Shown piece by piece: positions 10,259 to 19,026 of a DNA stretch of 42,976 bases. This stretch comes from a virus (Duplodnaviria; Caudoviricetes). The stretch spans positions 1 to 42,976 of the IMG/VR virus record IMGVR_UViG_3300029891_000006; one strand, given 5' to 3'. A program made the position numbers and the translations under genes. The notes beneath the pieces are model-generated. The model made no database searches. It worked only from the letters and a program-made list of their open reading frames with translations, and had not been told where the DNA came from. How positions within the stretch are numbered: the stretch's first letter is position 1; every line of letters starts with the position of its first letter.

Positions 10259-10609
10259 TTAAAAAATCAGGGCTTGGTCTTTAGGAATAAAAGTTTCACT
10301 GTCGGTTTTCTGTATCGTATCTTTCTTTGCTGTTGCCGGAATCCCTTGGGGTGTTAAAACTCGTTTCAGGGGCGGTGGGCAAAAAAAGACCCGATCTTTG
10401 CATTTCGCCCCTCTACAAGTCGCACGAAAGCAGTTTCGTAACAGCCAAACGCAATTTTTATTGACTTGGTGGGGAAAATTGCGTCTGGGTTTAAAAAGGC
10501 CATTCAATTCCGAAGAACTGAACAGCCTTTCTTTGTCGGTAATGTCCGCAAGACTTGCCCTATTCAGGCTACCGACAAAATCATATTTTATATGAATGCT
10601 TGCGGTCAT
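10259..10609 (-). other. Leaderless ORF or structured RNA starting at a strong promoter
   Basis: ATG lies 6 nt after the -10 box; 10-bp stem 10532-10541/10570-10579; the protein is not recognisable. Confidence 0.4.
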
Positions 10610-10615
10610 AAACCA

Positions 10616-10644
10616 ATCATATCATATTGAAATAAACTTGTCAA
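10616..10644 (-). promoter_or_regulatory. sigma70 promoter with extended -10
   Basis: TTGACA-17 nt-TATGAT with TG; upstream AAAAAACAC shared with the 15.3 kb promoters. Confidence 0.75.
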
Positions 10645-10673
10645 GTGTTTTTTTGCATGAATTTGCCATAGTG

Positions 10674-10919
10674 TTAAAAAGGGGGATTCTTAATTGCTTG
10701 ACGATTGGCAAATTCTATTTTCCCCTCTCTAAAGCCACATCGTATCTGATAATCAAATTCCCTTGGCTCAGTCGGTAGTGGTAGCCCATTTAGCCCTGCA
10801 TGAAAACCCACATTCTTAGCATCCTGCTTTTTTTGAAAATATTCTATACAATTTAATTTCTTTTTAACCCGTGCAAGATTATGGCCGCTGATTACTTTTT
10901 TGTTTTGTAATGTGCCCAT
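10674..10919 (-). CDS. Hypothetical protein
   Basis: ORF in the leftward operon; ATG at 10919 follows AAGGGG. Confidence 0.5.
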   Translation of the reverse strand: MGTLQNKKVISGHNLARVKKKLNCIEYFQKKQDAKNVGFHAGLNGLPLPTEPREFDYQIRCGFREGKIEFANRQAIKNPPF

Positions 10920-10993
10920 GTGCTTTCCCCTTTTTGAATGGTTTTCTCCCCCTAATCTCAACTATTTTTTTTTGCAAACCTGCCTTATTGCCA

Positions 10994-11380
10994 CTAAACA
11001 CTTGTTTCAAACCATAATTTATTTGTTTTCTCTTTGTTTAATAGTCCTTCAGTTTCAACTTTTTCAAGATTTCGTATGATGAGTGTAACATAACCGCAAA
11101 TATCAACATAGTTATCTATGTATTCTGCATCACCATTTAATATACGTCCCAGTTTAAGCGTTACCATCGTCAGGGCTGCTTTTTTGTCTGGTGATAAATG
11201 CAGCCAATTTGGACTGTCCTCCATAGCGGTTTTTATGTTTTGGCTAATACGGGCAAGCTCAGAAAAATCACCGTATTTTTCGCCTCTATCAGCCAATATT
11301 AATTCCATATCTGTTTTCACCATTGAATCTTCTTGCCCCTTTTTTGCTTTAATTTTTTTCTTGCAACTTTTTTTGTCCAA
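10994..11380 (-). CDS. DUF6378-like phage protein
   Basis: ILADRGEKYGDF..KLGRILNGD..YIDNYVDICGY; the true start may be downstream. Confidence 0.7.
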   Translation of the reverse strand: MDKKSCKKKIKAKKGQEDSMVKTDMELILADRGEKYGDFSELARISQNIKTAMEDSPNWLHLSPDKKAALTMVTLKLGRILNGDAEYIDNYVDICGYVTLIIRNLEKVETEGLLNKEKTNKLWFETSV

Positions 11381-11520
11381 TAATTATCGAATGATTGCAA
11401 ATAAATGTTTTCGCCTTCGGGTGTGCATCTATATCCACAATATTTGCAGGTGAGAGGGTTTTTGACCATCCCGATAGTACAGTTTAATTTACTGATTTCT
11501 TTGTTGCTTTTCAAATGCAT
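11317..11520 (-). CDS. Small hypothetical protein (CxxC); start uncertain
   Basis: Fills the operon gap; TCKYCG. Confidence 0.35.
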   Translation of the reverse strand: MHLKSNKEISKLNCTIGMVKNPLTCKYCGYRCTPEGENIYLQSFDNYWTKKVARKKLKQKRGKKIQW

Positions 11521-11677
11521 TTACTATTTCCTCCTCAAAACCTTCCTCGAATTTTAATGTTGTTTGACTTCCAAATATGCGTTTGAGGTCAGCTTGCAGC
11601 ATGTCATTACTGATGTCCCCCGCACGATACAAAGCCCAAAGCCCTCTACAAATTGCCGCTTCCTGTTTTAATGTCAT
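11489..11677 (-). CDS. Hypothetical protein
   Basis: ATGA overlap with the upstream gene. Confidence 0.6.
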   Translation of the reverse strand: MTLKQEAAICRGLWALYRAGDISNDMLQADLKRIFGSQTTLKFEEGFEEEIVNAFEKQQRNQ

Positions 11678-11895
11678 AAAGTTCCCCTTTTTTTAACAAA
11701 AGATATTTGCTTCAATATACCGAGTATACTTTTTTCTTTTAGATAAAACGTTTCAGCATCTTTACCATATGCCTCATCCATCGCATCAAGCTGAAGATTT
11801 AATGCCTCCATTGCTCCGTATGTCCTTAAATCATCACCTGTTACACCAAAACTTGCAACCTGATTAGCGAACATTTCTAACCTCTCCCTTGTCAT
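11674..11895 (-). CDS. Hypothetical protein
   Basis: ATGA overlaps at both ends. Confidence 0.6.
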   Translation of the reverse strand: MTRERLEMFANQVASFGVTGDDLRTYGAMEALNLQLDAMDEAYGKDAETFYLKEKSILGILKQISFVKKRGTL

Positions 11896-13715
11896 CTTTT
11901 CGTCCTTTTAGGGGTTGATATGATTTCGTCTTCGTCAGTTTCTTCCTGCCATGAACCTATCGCCTCCATAATAACACTGTGCCTTAACTTAAAATATATT
12001 TTCTTATTGACAGGAGGTAACGATGGATTAACCCAATGACGTGCTTTTTTAATTATTGCTTCACCTACCTCAAGATTTAGCACAAGAGATGGTTTTTGCA
12101 TAGTGCCGGCACCTCCTCTTGCCATTGATGCAGCAGGATTTTTTTGCAGACATACAATAGCAATCCCTGTTTTTAGCATCGCCTGACACTTCGCCAATTC
12201 CTTACCGATGTTATAAAAATCATCGTGTTTTTCCAGATAATCAATGATATTTAATCCATGTGGGTCAATAACCTCCCAAGGTCTATCCATCCGTTCAATA
12301 AATAACACCTTTTTTTCTAACTGCATTTTTAGTAATGGCAGATATTCCAGTTTCCATGCTAATTCATGTTCGTTCAGTTCAGAGGCTATATATCTAACTG
12401 GCTGCTGAAATAAAAACATATTTTTCTCTGCAACATTCAGGCAGAATGCTGTTTTTCCAGCCCCATAAACCCCCGCAACAGTCATTAGTTCTTTAGGCTT
12501 TAACTGAGTGAGTTCTTGTATATTTAGAGGCCAATCAATGGGTAATGGGTCAGTCAACACTGGAGTAATTAGGTTAAAAGAGTTTTGTTTTTTCTGAAAT
12601 AATCCGTTTGCATCAATGCAATCAATAATTCCCGCCATAAATAAATTCTTAAAAACCTGTCTCGCTATGGCAAATTCTGTTTTTAGTTTCAGGGTTAATT
12701 CTTTTTGACAGGTTGAAATCCTAAAGGGATGTATTTGTCCCATTACCCAATCTGTAACTTCTTGTTCTACGTTGTCTGATGTTTCGATATAATACTTGGG
12801 CTCACCAAACCCTTTTTGAGCCAGCTCACCCGCCGCCGCTTTGTAATCCCCATTATGGTTTAACGCCGTATAAACGGCAAATTTACTATAAGACTTGTCT
12901 TGATTAAATACACTTTCGTCAGTGAAACAGTGGAAATAATTCGTGCCATGATGTCCGATAGTTGCTGATGAGCCGGCAGTTTTTCCTGGTCTTCTCCAGT
13001 GTTCGATGCCACCGTGTGTGAATGCACGAACCCACCCATGAGGTGTTAAAATATCGTCCCACGAGGTCTTTGCAGCGAACATATCACCTGGTCTGCTGCC
13101 TACTGCCTTACCATTGTTTGTTTCCAGAGTTGGAATTGCATCGTGGGCAGGCTTAAATTCTTCAGGTAATTCCGAAAGATTATCAATGCTTCCCCATTTC
13201 TCCCATGTTCTGCCAAGCGTGGGAGCAAGAATTAAATATCCCTTCCCGCCTACACGATAAGTAATTTTAATGCCACAATTTATGCCTGCCTTTGTTTGCG
13301 CTGAAATGTCCTCATCACAGCGAAATAATAAATGATAGCCATTTGTTGTTTTGTGGATACCTATTGTAAGGTCTAAGTTTTTACATAATTCCATAAGAAA
13401 AATTATATCGTCTTTGTCCTCAACATCGAGTGCGATATATCCCTTGGGTATTGTCCATCCTATCCAGCCCCCTGATGCCTCCCACGCAGTAATTTCATCA
13501 AGGGTCAGGGAGTTGTATTGTGGGTCAGTGTATCTCGGTGTGATAGCGCCCTTGGCTTCTTTATATGCCTCTGGTGAGTCATGCGGATACCTGTTGTATT
13601 GTTTATTATAGCCTTTGCACCTAAGAGCTTTAAAGCCTGCATTAAAATAATCTTGGGGAGAAGGTTGGTTATTGGTCATCTTCGCCTTCATCTTTGCCTT
13701 CAAATAGGCTGTCAA
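11892..13715 (-). CDS. Bifunctional primase/polymerase (Prim-Pol) fused to a RecA/SF4-like helicase
   Basis: IALDVED, TTNGYHLLF, GYLILAPT (prim-pol); WRRPGK domain; Walker A AGVYGAGKT and Walker B IIDYL. Confidence 0.85.
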   Translation of the reverse strand: MTAYLKAKMKAKMTNNQPSPQDYFNAGFKALRCKGYNKQYNRYPHDSPEAYKEAKGAITPRYTDPQYNSLTLDEITAWEASGGWIGWTIPKGYIALDVEDKDDIIFLMELCKNLDLTIGIHKTTNGYHLLFRCDEDISAQTKAGINCGIKITYRVGGKGYLILAPTLGRTWEKWGSIDNLSELPEEFKPAHDAIPTLETNNGKAVGSRPGDMFAAKTSWDDILTPHGWVRAFTHGGIEHWRRPGKTAGSSATIGHHGTNYFHCFTDESVFNQDKSYSKFAVYTALNHNGDYKAAAGELAQKGFGEPKYYIETSDNVEQEVTDWVMGQIHPFRISTCQKELTLKLKTEFAIARQVFKNLFMAGIIDCIDANGLFQKKQNSFNLITPVLTDPLPIDWPLNIQELTQLKPKELMTVAGVYGAGKTAFCLNVAEKNMFLFQQPVRYIASELNEHELAWKLEYLPLLKMQLEKKVLFIERMDRPWEVIDPHGLNIIDYLEKHDDFYNIGKELAKCQAMLKTGIAIVCLQKNPAASMARGGAGTMQKPSLVLNLEVGEAIIKKARHWVNPSLPPVNKKIYFKLRHSVIMEAIGSWQEETDEDEIISTPKRTKR

Positions 13716-14460
13716 AATTTATTCCGCATGAATTGGCAATACCAAGACTTTCTTTGCGTTCCCATTCTTCGTCCAGCTTACGTTCTATCTGCTTGCGCTC
13801 TATCTGCTTTTTTACGTTTACTATGTCAAGTGAAGCCCAATTATGCCGTATTGCATTCATAAAAGCTGCATCCCAATTTATATACTGATAACCTTTTGCC
13901 TTACATGCACAGATAAAAAATTCTAAATGCTCATCTATGCGTTCATGTCCTTTTTCCTCAGCCCACACTTTAACATTCTCTGAAACAGTAAAATTATTAG
14001 GGATATAGGTTTTTTGGTTTCTCTTGCCAACTTTTTTAATGGATATGATTTTTTCTTTTTCTTTATCTTTTTCTTTATCTTTATCTGCTTCTGCATCTTC
14101 TTCTGCATCTATGGAAAGTTTCTTGCAAGAGACTTGCAAGTCTTTTGAGTAATTATCCTTTATTTCCAGTATCTTAGGAAAACTAAAAACCCACATTTCT
14201 TTTTGAAAGTCAACCGAAAGTTTGCCGAAAGTTGAACAATAGTTGAACACTTGTCGAAGTTTCGCTTCACTTATGCGGAGCTTTCGTTTGAGAAATGTAG
14301 GGGAAATTTTAAGATTTCCCGTGAGGTTTGCGCCGTTTTCTTTGCAGATAATTTCAATAAGTCCAAACCACGCAACATATCCTGCATGAGAATATTTATC
14401 AAGAAGAGATTGGATAAAAGGATCATCAAGACTATCTGTCATATGTTTAAACCATTTCAT
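13669..14460 (-). CDS. Phage replication initiator (replisome organiser-like N-terminus, charged linker, DnaT-like C-terminus)
   Basis: MKWFKH..DDP..GYVAWFGLIE; DKDKEKDKEKE linker; WDAAFMNAIR; internal CTTGCAAG repeats; directly upstream of the helicase. Confidence 0.8.
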   Translation of the reverse strand: MKWFKHMTDSLDDPFIQSLLDKYSHAGYVAWFGLIEIICKENGANLTGNLKISPTFLKRKLRISEAKLRQVFNYCSTFGKLSVDFQKEMWVFSFPKILEIKDNYSKDLQVSCKKLSIDAEEDAEADKDKEKDKEKEKIISIKKVGKRNQKTYIPNNFTVSENVKVWAEEKGHERIDEHLEFFICACKAKGYQYINWDAAFMNAIRHNWASLDIVNVKKQIERKQIERKLDEEWERKESLGIANSCGINFDSLFEGKDEGEDDQ

Positions 14461-14490
14461 AATAAGCCCCCTTATTAGCCTCCTTATTTC

Positions 14491-14581
14491 TTTTTAAGAC
14501 CGCATGTACACCGCTGATAGGTCCACAACAGGGGGAGGGTTGCGGAATCCTTGCGGGACGGTGTACATGCGGTCTTAAAAA
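14491..14581. promoter_or_regulatory. 23-bp perfect inverted repeat (45-nt loop) in the initiator leader
   Basis: TTTTTAAGACCGCATGTACACCG / CGGTGTACATGCGGTCTTAAAAA. Confidence 0.85.
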
Positions 14582-14662
14582 TTAATAAAGAGAAATTTGA
14601 TTGTTTTGGTTCTTATTAGTAAGACATGTCTTTAATTATACCATTCGATTTCTCTATGTGTT

Positions 14663-15016
14663 TTATTTTCCAGCTTCACTCTCCTCCTCTCTTCTTTGTT
14701 TTTCTCTCTGTTGAAAATTTTTACTGGCATCAGGATTGAGGTCAATGCTTATTATCTGCCCCTGATGCAATGTATAATATACTCGACACCCGTCCAATGT
14801 ATAATGAGCATCAATTCTTTTTGCTGTCGGGATTGATAGTGTTTGGAGGAGGTCTATACACGTGTATTTTTTCACTATTATTATCCCAGGTACACTGTCT
14901 AACGGGTAAATATCAAATGGCGCATAGCAGACATGCTCGTTAAAATTAATCCCTTCTCTCACTAAGTCTTTTTTCATCTTTCCCCCATTGTTTTTTGGTT
15001 TTAGTAGTCTATACAA
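14663..15016 (-). CDS. Hypothetical protein (probable start at MKKDL)
   Basis: ORF with GGGGGA before an internal ATG. Confidence 0.55.
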   Translation of the reverse strand: MYRLLKPKNNGGKMKKDLVREGINFNEHVCYAPFDIYPLDSVPGIIIVKKYTCIDLLQTLSIPTAKRIDAHYTLDGCRVYYTLHQGQIISIDLNPDASKNFQQREKQRREEESEAGK

Positions 15017-15061
15017 TTAACAATATCTTACTTTTTCTGTTTTGTCCAATTCATAATAACT

Positions 15062-15265
15062 CTATGAGTTTTTTAAATAATAAGGGGTGTTTATTTTTCT
15101 ATCTAATTCAGGATAGGCTTTTTTGTAAATTTTTTTTACCCTTGGCGATATAAACTCAATGGGTTTTCTATTTGTTTCCTTTGCTGCCTGCACAGCCAGC
15201 TCAATGACAGTGGTAAAACGCAATCCTTTTTTAAGTTGAATGATATAGGCTTGTTTGTTTTTCAT
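15062..15265 (-). CDS. Small basic Cro-like regulator, leaderless
   Basis: QAYIIQLKKGLR..IELAVQAAKET resembles a Cro-type helix pattern; first gene of the replication operon. Confidence 0.5.
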   Translation of the reverse strand: MKNKQAYIIQLKKGLRFTTVIELAVQAAKETNRKPIEFISPRVKKIYKKAYPELDRKINTPYYLKNS

Positions 15266-15271
15266 AATACA

Positions 15272-15380
15272 ATATTATCATAAGATAATTCATTTGTCAA
15301 GTGTTTTTTAGCGCTATTAAAAAATATTTTTCAAAAGGCAAAAAAAAACACTTGACATTTAATTTATCTTATGATAAATT
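15272..15380. promoter_or_regulatory. Twin back-to-back sigma70 promoters forming a 35-bp inverted repeat
   Basis: AAAAAACACTTGACA-nnnnn-TTATCTTATGATAA on both strands (31/35 identical), 17-nt spacers. Confidence 0.85.
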
Positions 15381-15412
15381 AAGTATAACAAAAAACTACA
15401 AAGGGGGCAATC

Positions 15413-15739
15413 ATGGAGTTAAACAGAGACGAAGCAACAAATTATGGTAGCAAAAGATTTTACAGTGATGGGGCATTAAAAACATCTCAACAAGATTACA
15501 TTGAGGAAGCGTTTTCCATTGCACGAGCAACCAGCGCCATATACCCCACAAAGAGGCATCTTATAGCGCTCATTGAGCAAATAAGAAAAATTGAATGCAG
15601 GGAGGCAGAGCTAAGATTTGAACATGAATTAACAAAAGCAAAGCTCGTAGAATCAGAAGAAAGGAGGATAAATGCTGAAAAAATAATTGACTATACATTG
15701 TTGGAGATAGCGCAACTTAAAGGAGGTTTGATCAAATGA
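15413..15739 (+). CDS. Hypothetical coiled-coil protein
   Basis: SD AAGGGGG; first gene of the rightward operon. Confidence 0.65.
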   Translation: MELNRDEATNYGSKRFYSDGALKTSQQDYIEEAFSIARATSAIYPTKRHLIALIEQIRKIECREAELRFEHELTKAKLVESEERRINAEKIIDYTLLEIAQLKGGLIK

Positions 15740-16167
15740 AAGTAAAAGGTAAGGCGGGAGGTTTTTTTACGCCTCAAGATGAAGGAGGGAAATGTAAATT
15801 AACAATCATTTTTGAAGATCGCAAGGAGCAGGACTTGGCTTTTATGTTACGTTATCAGGATGTGTTTATTGAATTGGCATCAGAACATCAGGAAAGCGGC
15901 GAATTGCCAACCCCAATGAAAGAAGCTATGCGATATATTAATCCAATGATCAAAGCAATCAACGAAATCATGTCGGAATATAACATTAAAGCCGCATTGA
16001 TAAACACAAACAAAACTGAGGTAGAAACAGAGAATACGGCGTCAGATTATTATGTATCGCTTGAAAAATACTTAAATGAGGTAGAAACAGAGAATACGGC
16101 GCCAGATTATCATGTATCGCTTGAAAAATACTTAAATAATGAAACAGAAAAGGAGGAAACAAAATGA
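15736..16167 (+). CDS. Hypothetical protein with a 20-aa tandem duplication
   Basis: SD AGGAGG; ATGA overlaps at both ends. Confidence 0.65.
   Translation: MKVKGKAGGFFTPQDEGGKCKLTIIFEDRKEQDLAFMLRYQDVFIELASEHQESGELPTPMKEAMRYINPMIKAINEIMSEYNIKAALINTNKTEVETENTASDYYVSLEKYLNEVETENTAPDYHVSLEKYLNNETEKEETK
16017..16137 (+). repeat. 2 x 60-bp in-frame tandem repeat
   Basis: EVETENTASDYYVSLEKYLN / EVETENTAPDYHVSLEKYLN, 2 nucleotide differences. Confidence 0.95.
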
Positions 16168-16775
16168 GCTTAATAGTAAGTGAAGTCGGCACATTTCGGT
16201 TAGTCGAAGCAGGCACATATCCTGCGAGGTGTATTAGATTAATAGACATAGGCACTCAGGAAGGTGAATATAACGGTAAAAAAATATTAAGAAAACAAAT
16301 AATTGTTACCTGGGAATTGCCAACAGAAATAATATCTGATGGTGATTATGTAGGAGAGCCTTATATAATATCCAAGTTTTACACTGCCTCTTTGTCTGAC
16401 AAGGCTAACTTGCGTAAGGATTTGGAGGCATGGAGAGGCAAGGCGTTTACAGAGAGTGAATTAAAGGGCTTTCACTTGCAAGTTATTCTCGATAAACCTT
16501 GCATGTTATCAATTATTCATAACGAGACAGGGCGAGCTAAGGTCAGTGGTATGATGGCAATACCAAAGGGATTGGAAATTCTTGATAGAATTAATCCCCT
16601 TGTCAGCTTCGATATTACAAATTGGGATGCTGAAGTATATGAAAATTTATCAGATGGCATTAAGGGAATAATACAAAAATCAAAGGAAGTTATAGAAAGT
16701 GTTAAGCCCAGTGATAAGTCCAGTGATATAAAAATAGATGTGCCAAACGAAAAATCAAACCTTGACCCATTTTAA
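16164..16775 (+). CDS. Conserved phage replication/recombination protein (NGO0469-like, probable ssDNA-binding)
   Basis: GTYPARC..IDIGTQ, YTASLSDKANLRKDLEAWRGKAFT; acidic C-terminus ending DPF, as in SSB tails. Confidence 0.7.
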   Translation: MSLIVSEVGTFRLVEAGTYPARCIRLIDIGTQEGEYNGKKILRKQIIVTWELPTEIISDGDYVGEPYIISKFYTASLSDKANLRKDLEAWRGKAFTESELKGFHLQVILDKPCMLSIIHNETGRAKVSGMMAIPKGLEILDRINPLVSFDITNWDAEVYENLSDGIKGIIQKSKEVIESVKPSDKSSDIKIDVPNEKSNLDPF

Positions 16776-16779
16776 AGAT

Positions 16780-17589
16780 ATGAAAGGCATGAAAGGGAAA
16801 ACCTTTATTGCAACAGAGGCAGGTCATTGGTATCAGCAAGACGGCACACCGCTCCATGAGATAGAAGCAAAGAATGGAAAGGGATTAAGACCTGTAACGC
16901 TTCGGGACGCAAGAACTCTGAATCTTGTGCCCAGTGTTACTGGAATTTTAAATATGCTGCCCAAGCCTCAACTTATTGTATGGCAAAAAAAACAGGTGTT
17001 ACTGGCTGCCTTAACGCTTACAAGGCAGCCTGAAGAAAACGATGAGGTGTATATCAGGCGGATAATGGCAGATGCAGACGCACAAGCACACAAGGCAAGA
17101 GAGCGGGGAACGGCGGTGCATACAGAGATAGAAAAACATCTTCTGGGGGAAATCGAATCGGTAAAAGCAAGGGCAGTGCTAAACGCCCTTGCCTCTTACC
17201 TCATGCTTGCTGATTTTGGGGACATATTAGGGCTTAGTGAGCCTGAAAAATCCTTTGCGCATCCTTTAGGGTATGGCGGTAAGGTTGATTTACACAGTAA
17301 ACAACTCAATTTTGTATGTGATTTCAAAACAAAGGAATTTACAGAGGAAATTGAAAAATTGGCATATGACGAACAGATATTACAGCTTGTAGGGTACGCC
17401 GATGGCTTAAATATGCCGGACGCAAGGCTCATTAATGTCTATATTTCAACAAAAATAGAAGGGTTAATTCGTGTTGTAGAACATGAGAATATAGACAGAA
17501 CTTATTATAGGCAATTATTTGGTGATTGTTTGCGTTTATGGAAAACATTAAAAAAATATGATGGTAGTGAGAAAGCTAAGGAGACGTAA
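16780..17589 (+). CDS. PD-(D/E)XK exonuclease (phage recombination nuclease)
   Basis: VPSVTGIL, ARERGTAVH, GYGGKVDL..CDFKT, QLVGY. Confidence 0.85.
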   Translation: MKGMKGKTFIATEAGHWYQQDGTPLHEIEAKNGKGLRPVTLRDARTLNLVPSVTGILNMLPKPQLIVWQKKQVLLAALTLTRQPEENDEVYIRRIMADADAQAHKARERGTAVHTEIEKHLLGEIESVKARAVLNALASYLMLADFGDILGLSEPEKSFAHPLGYGGKVDLHSKQLNFVCDFKTKEFTEEIEKLAYDEQILQLVGYADGLNMPDARLINVYISTKIEGLIRVVEHENIDRTYYRQLFGDCLRLWKTLKKYDGSEKAKET

Positions 17590-17647
17590 CATGTACGGGG
17601 AACTATCGAGACATTTGGCGTTTGTAATCTGCTGGAGATATTTAAGT

Positions 17648-17705
17648 GTATAACGGTTGGGTTCAGCGGCGGCGTTTCGCCGTCCGCTGCAACCCGTTGT
17701 TAGGC
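17648..17705 (-). mobile_element. Integron attC site (58 bp)
   Basis: Minus strand reads GCCTAAC-AACGGG-TTGCAGCGGACGGCG-AAA-CGCCGCCGCTGAA-CCCAACC-GTTATAC; R'' contains the methylase stop codon. Confidence 0.8.
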
Positions 17706-18842
17706 CGATTCCTTCTCGATTAGAAACAGAAACTCCCGGTTTGGTTCGCCAGCATCCCGCAGCCATTCATTTGTCCATTTCATTCCCGCCATGACATTCT
17801 TTTGATAGTCTAGTTCCATGACTTCAAGTAGTCTCCCATTCCGTCTGATGACTTCGTTAAGCTCATCCGCAGTGGCTCTTCCTCCAGAACTGTATGACAG
17901 AATGATCCAGCGGGAATTAGTCGCCTTGATAAGGCGTTCAATAGCCTTTACGACTACAAAGCAACCGTTTTCGTTTCTCCTAAACTCTTCAAAAACCGAT
18001 GCGGCAACTATGTCGGAAGTGTCTTTGCGACGTTTAGCCTTTCCAAAAATACTCGGCTTGTCGAAAAGGCAGACGCTGGTCCAGAGATGGTAATAGGAAG
18101 CGTAACGCACACGAGAAGGCGGCATCTTCTCGTTGCAAGAACCGTATGGTGGGTCAAAGTAAGCAAGATCAACAGACACCTGTGGCACTAAATCGAAAAT
18201 GTCCTTACGGTATACTTGGTGCTCGACTGGTGAGATGAAGACGCTAGGGACCTTGAGGGTAAGGTGGTTGTAGGATCGAGGAGACCATTCGTTCAGATAG
18301 GAGACGAAATGCCCGATCGTACTATCCACTTTGTCGAGCGCGAGGACTAAACTCGTTAGCGCAACCGCCTTGTCAACTTTGTCAAGAGACAGGTTCTCTA
18401 TCTCTTGGCGGATACCATCCAGCTTGCGAGTGTTGTGTATCTGCCACGGCTTCTTGAGACCATCAATCTGAACAGCACAGCCTCCGTTCGGCTCTCCACC
18501 GTAGCGCTCTGTGAACCAGCCATCGACAGGCGGAACAGAATTGAGGTGGTTAATCAGGGGTTGGTAGTCCTCTCGCTTCTTCTTGTTGAGCAGGTAACAG
18601 GTAGCGAAAACTTCGGACCATACGGCAAGGTCATTACAGACGACAGTATACCCACGCTTAGCGAGTGCCTGCGATACCCTAGTTGTACCTGAGAAGCCAT
18701 CTAGAACCGTTGTCGTTTTGACTCGCTTGGCGAGTTGAAGAATGTGCGTAAGGAGCTTCAACTTGGAGCCAGCATACTTGATGCCCTCGGTGTATGGGGC
18801 ATCAACGACAAGGTCGTCAAAAAGCGAAGGCGTTTCCATCAT
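17700..18842 (-). CDS. DNA adenine methyltransferase (D12 class), gene-cassette-like
   Basis: KYAGSK, DGFSGT, YFDPPY, LSYS; visibly more GC-rich than the rest of the genome. Confidence 0.9.
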   Translation of the reverse strand: MMETPSLFDDLVVDAPYTEGIKYAGSKLKLLTHILQLAKRVKTTTVLDGFSGTTRVSQALAKRGYTVVCNDLAVWSEVFATCYLLNKKKREDYQPLINHLNSVPPVDGWFTERYGGEPNGGCAVQIDGLKKPWQIHNTRKLDGIRQEIENLSLDKVDKAVALTSLVLALDKVDSTIGHFVSYLNEWSPRSYNHLTLKVPSVFISPVEHQVYRKDIFDLVPQVSVDLAYFDPPYGSCNEKMPPSRVRYASYYHLWTSVCLFDKPSIFGKAKRRKDTSDIVAASVFEEFRRNENGCFVVVKAIERLIKATNSRWIILSYSSGGRATADELNEVIRRNGRLLEVMELDYQKNVMAGMKWTNEWLRDAGEPNREFLFLIEKESA

Positions 18843-18850
18843 TGCTTCAA

Positions 18851-18932
18851 CCCTGACTGCCGCTTCAAGCGAGCGATGTCTTCTTTGATCTTCTCAATAG
18901 CACTCGCCGTTCGCTGCAACGATTTGTTAGAC
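18851..18932 (-). mobile_element. Degenerate upstream attC site
   Basis: Clear left arm GTCTAACAAATCGTTGCAGCGAACGGCG; imperfect right arm CGCTCGCTTGAA...GTCAGGG. Confidence 0.5.
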
Positions 18933-19026
18933 ATTTCCGGTTGTCATATTTTTGTTGCAACTATCTGATTTTGCTAAAGTTAAGTAAACTGCCTTCTTCA
19001 TTTTCAGACTTCTTCCCTTTCAGGGA

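Noticed and set aside
9946-14183. Recombinase-driven shufflon or invertible segment as an established feature
   Set aside because: No site-specific recombinase was recognised; inversion is kept only as a hypothesis.
17548-17766. 72-aa ORF containing LTTGCSGRRNAAAEPNRY
   Set aside because: It is an off-frame translation of the methylase end and the attC site.
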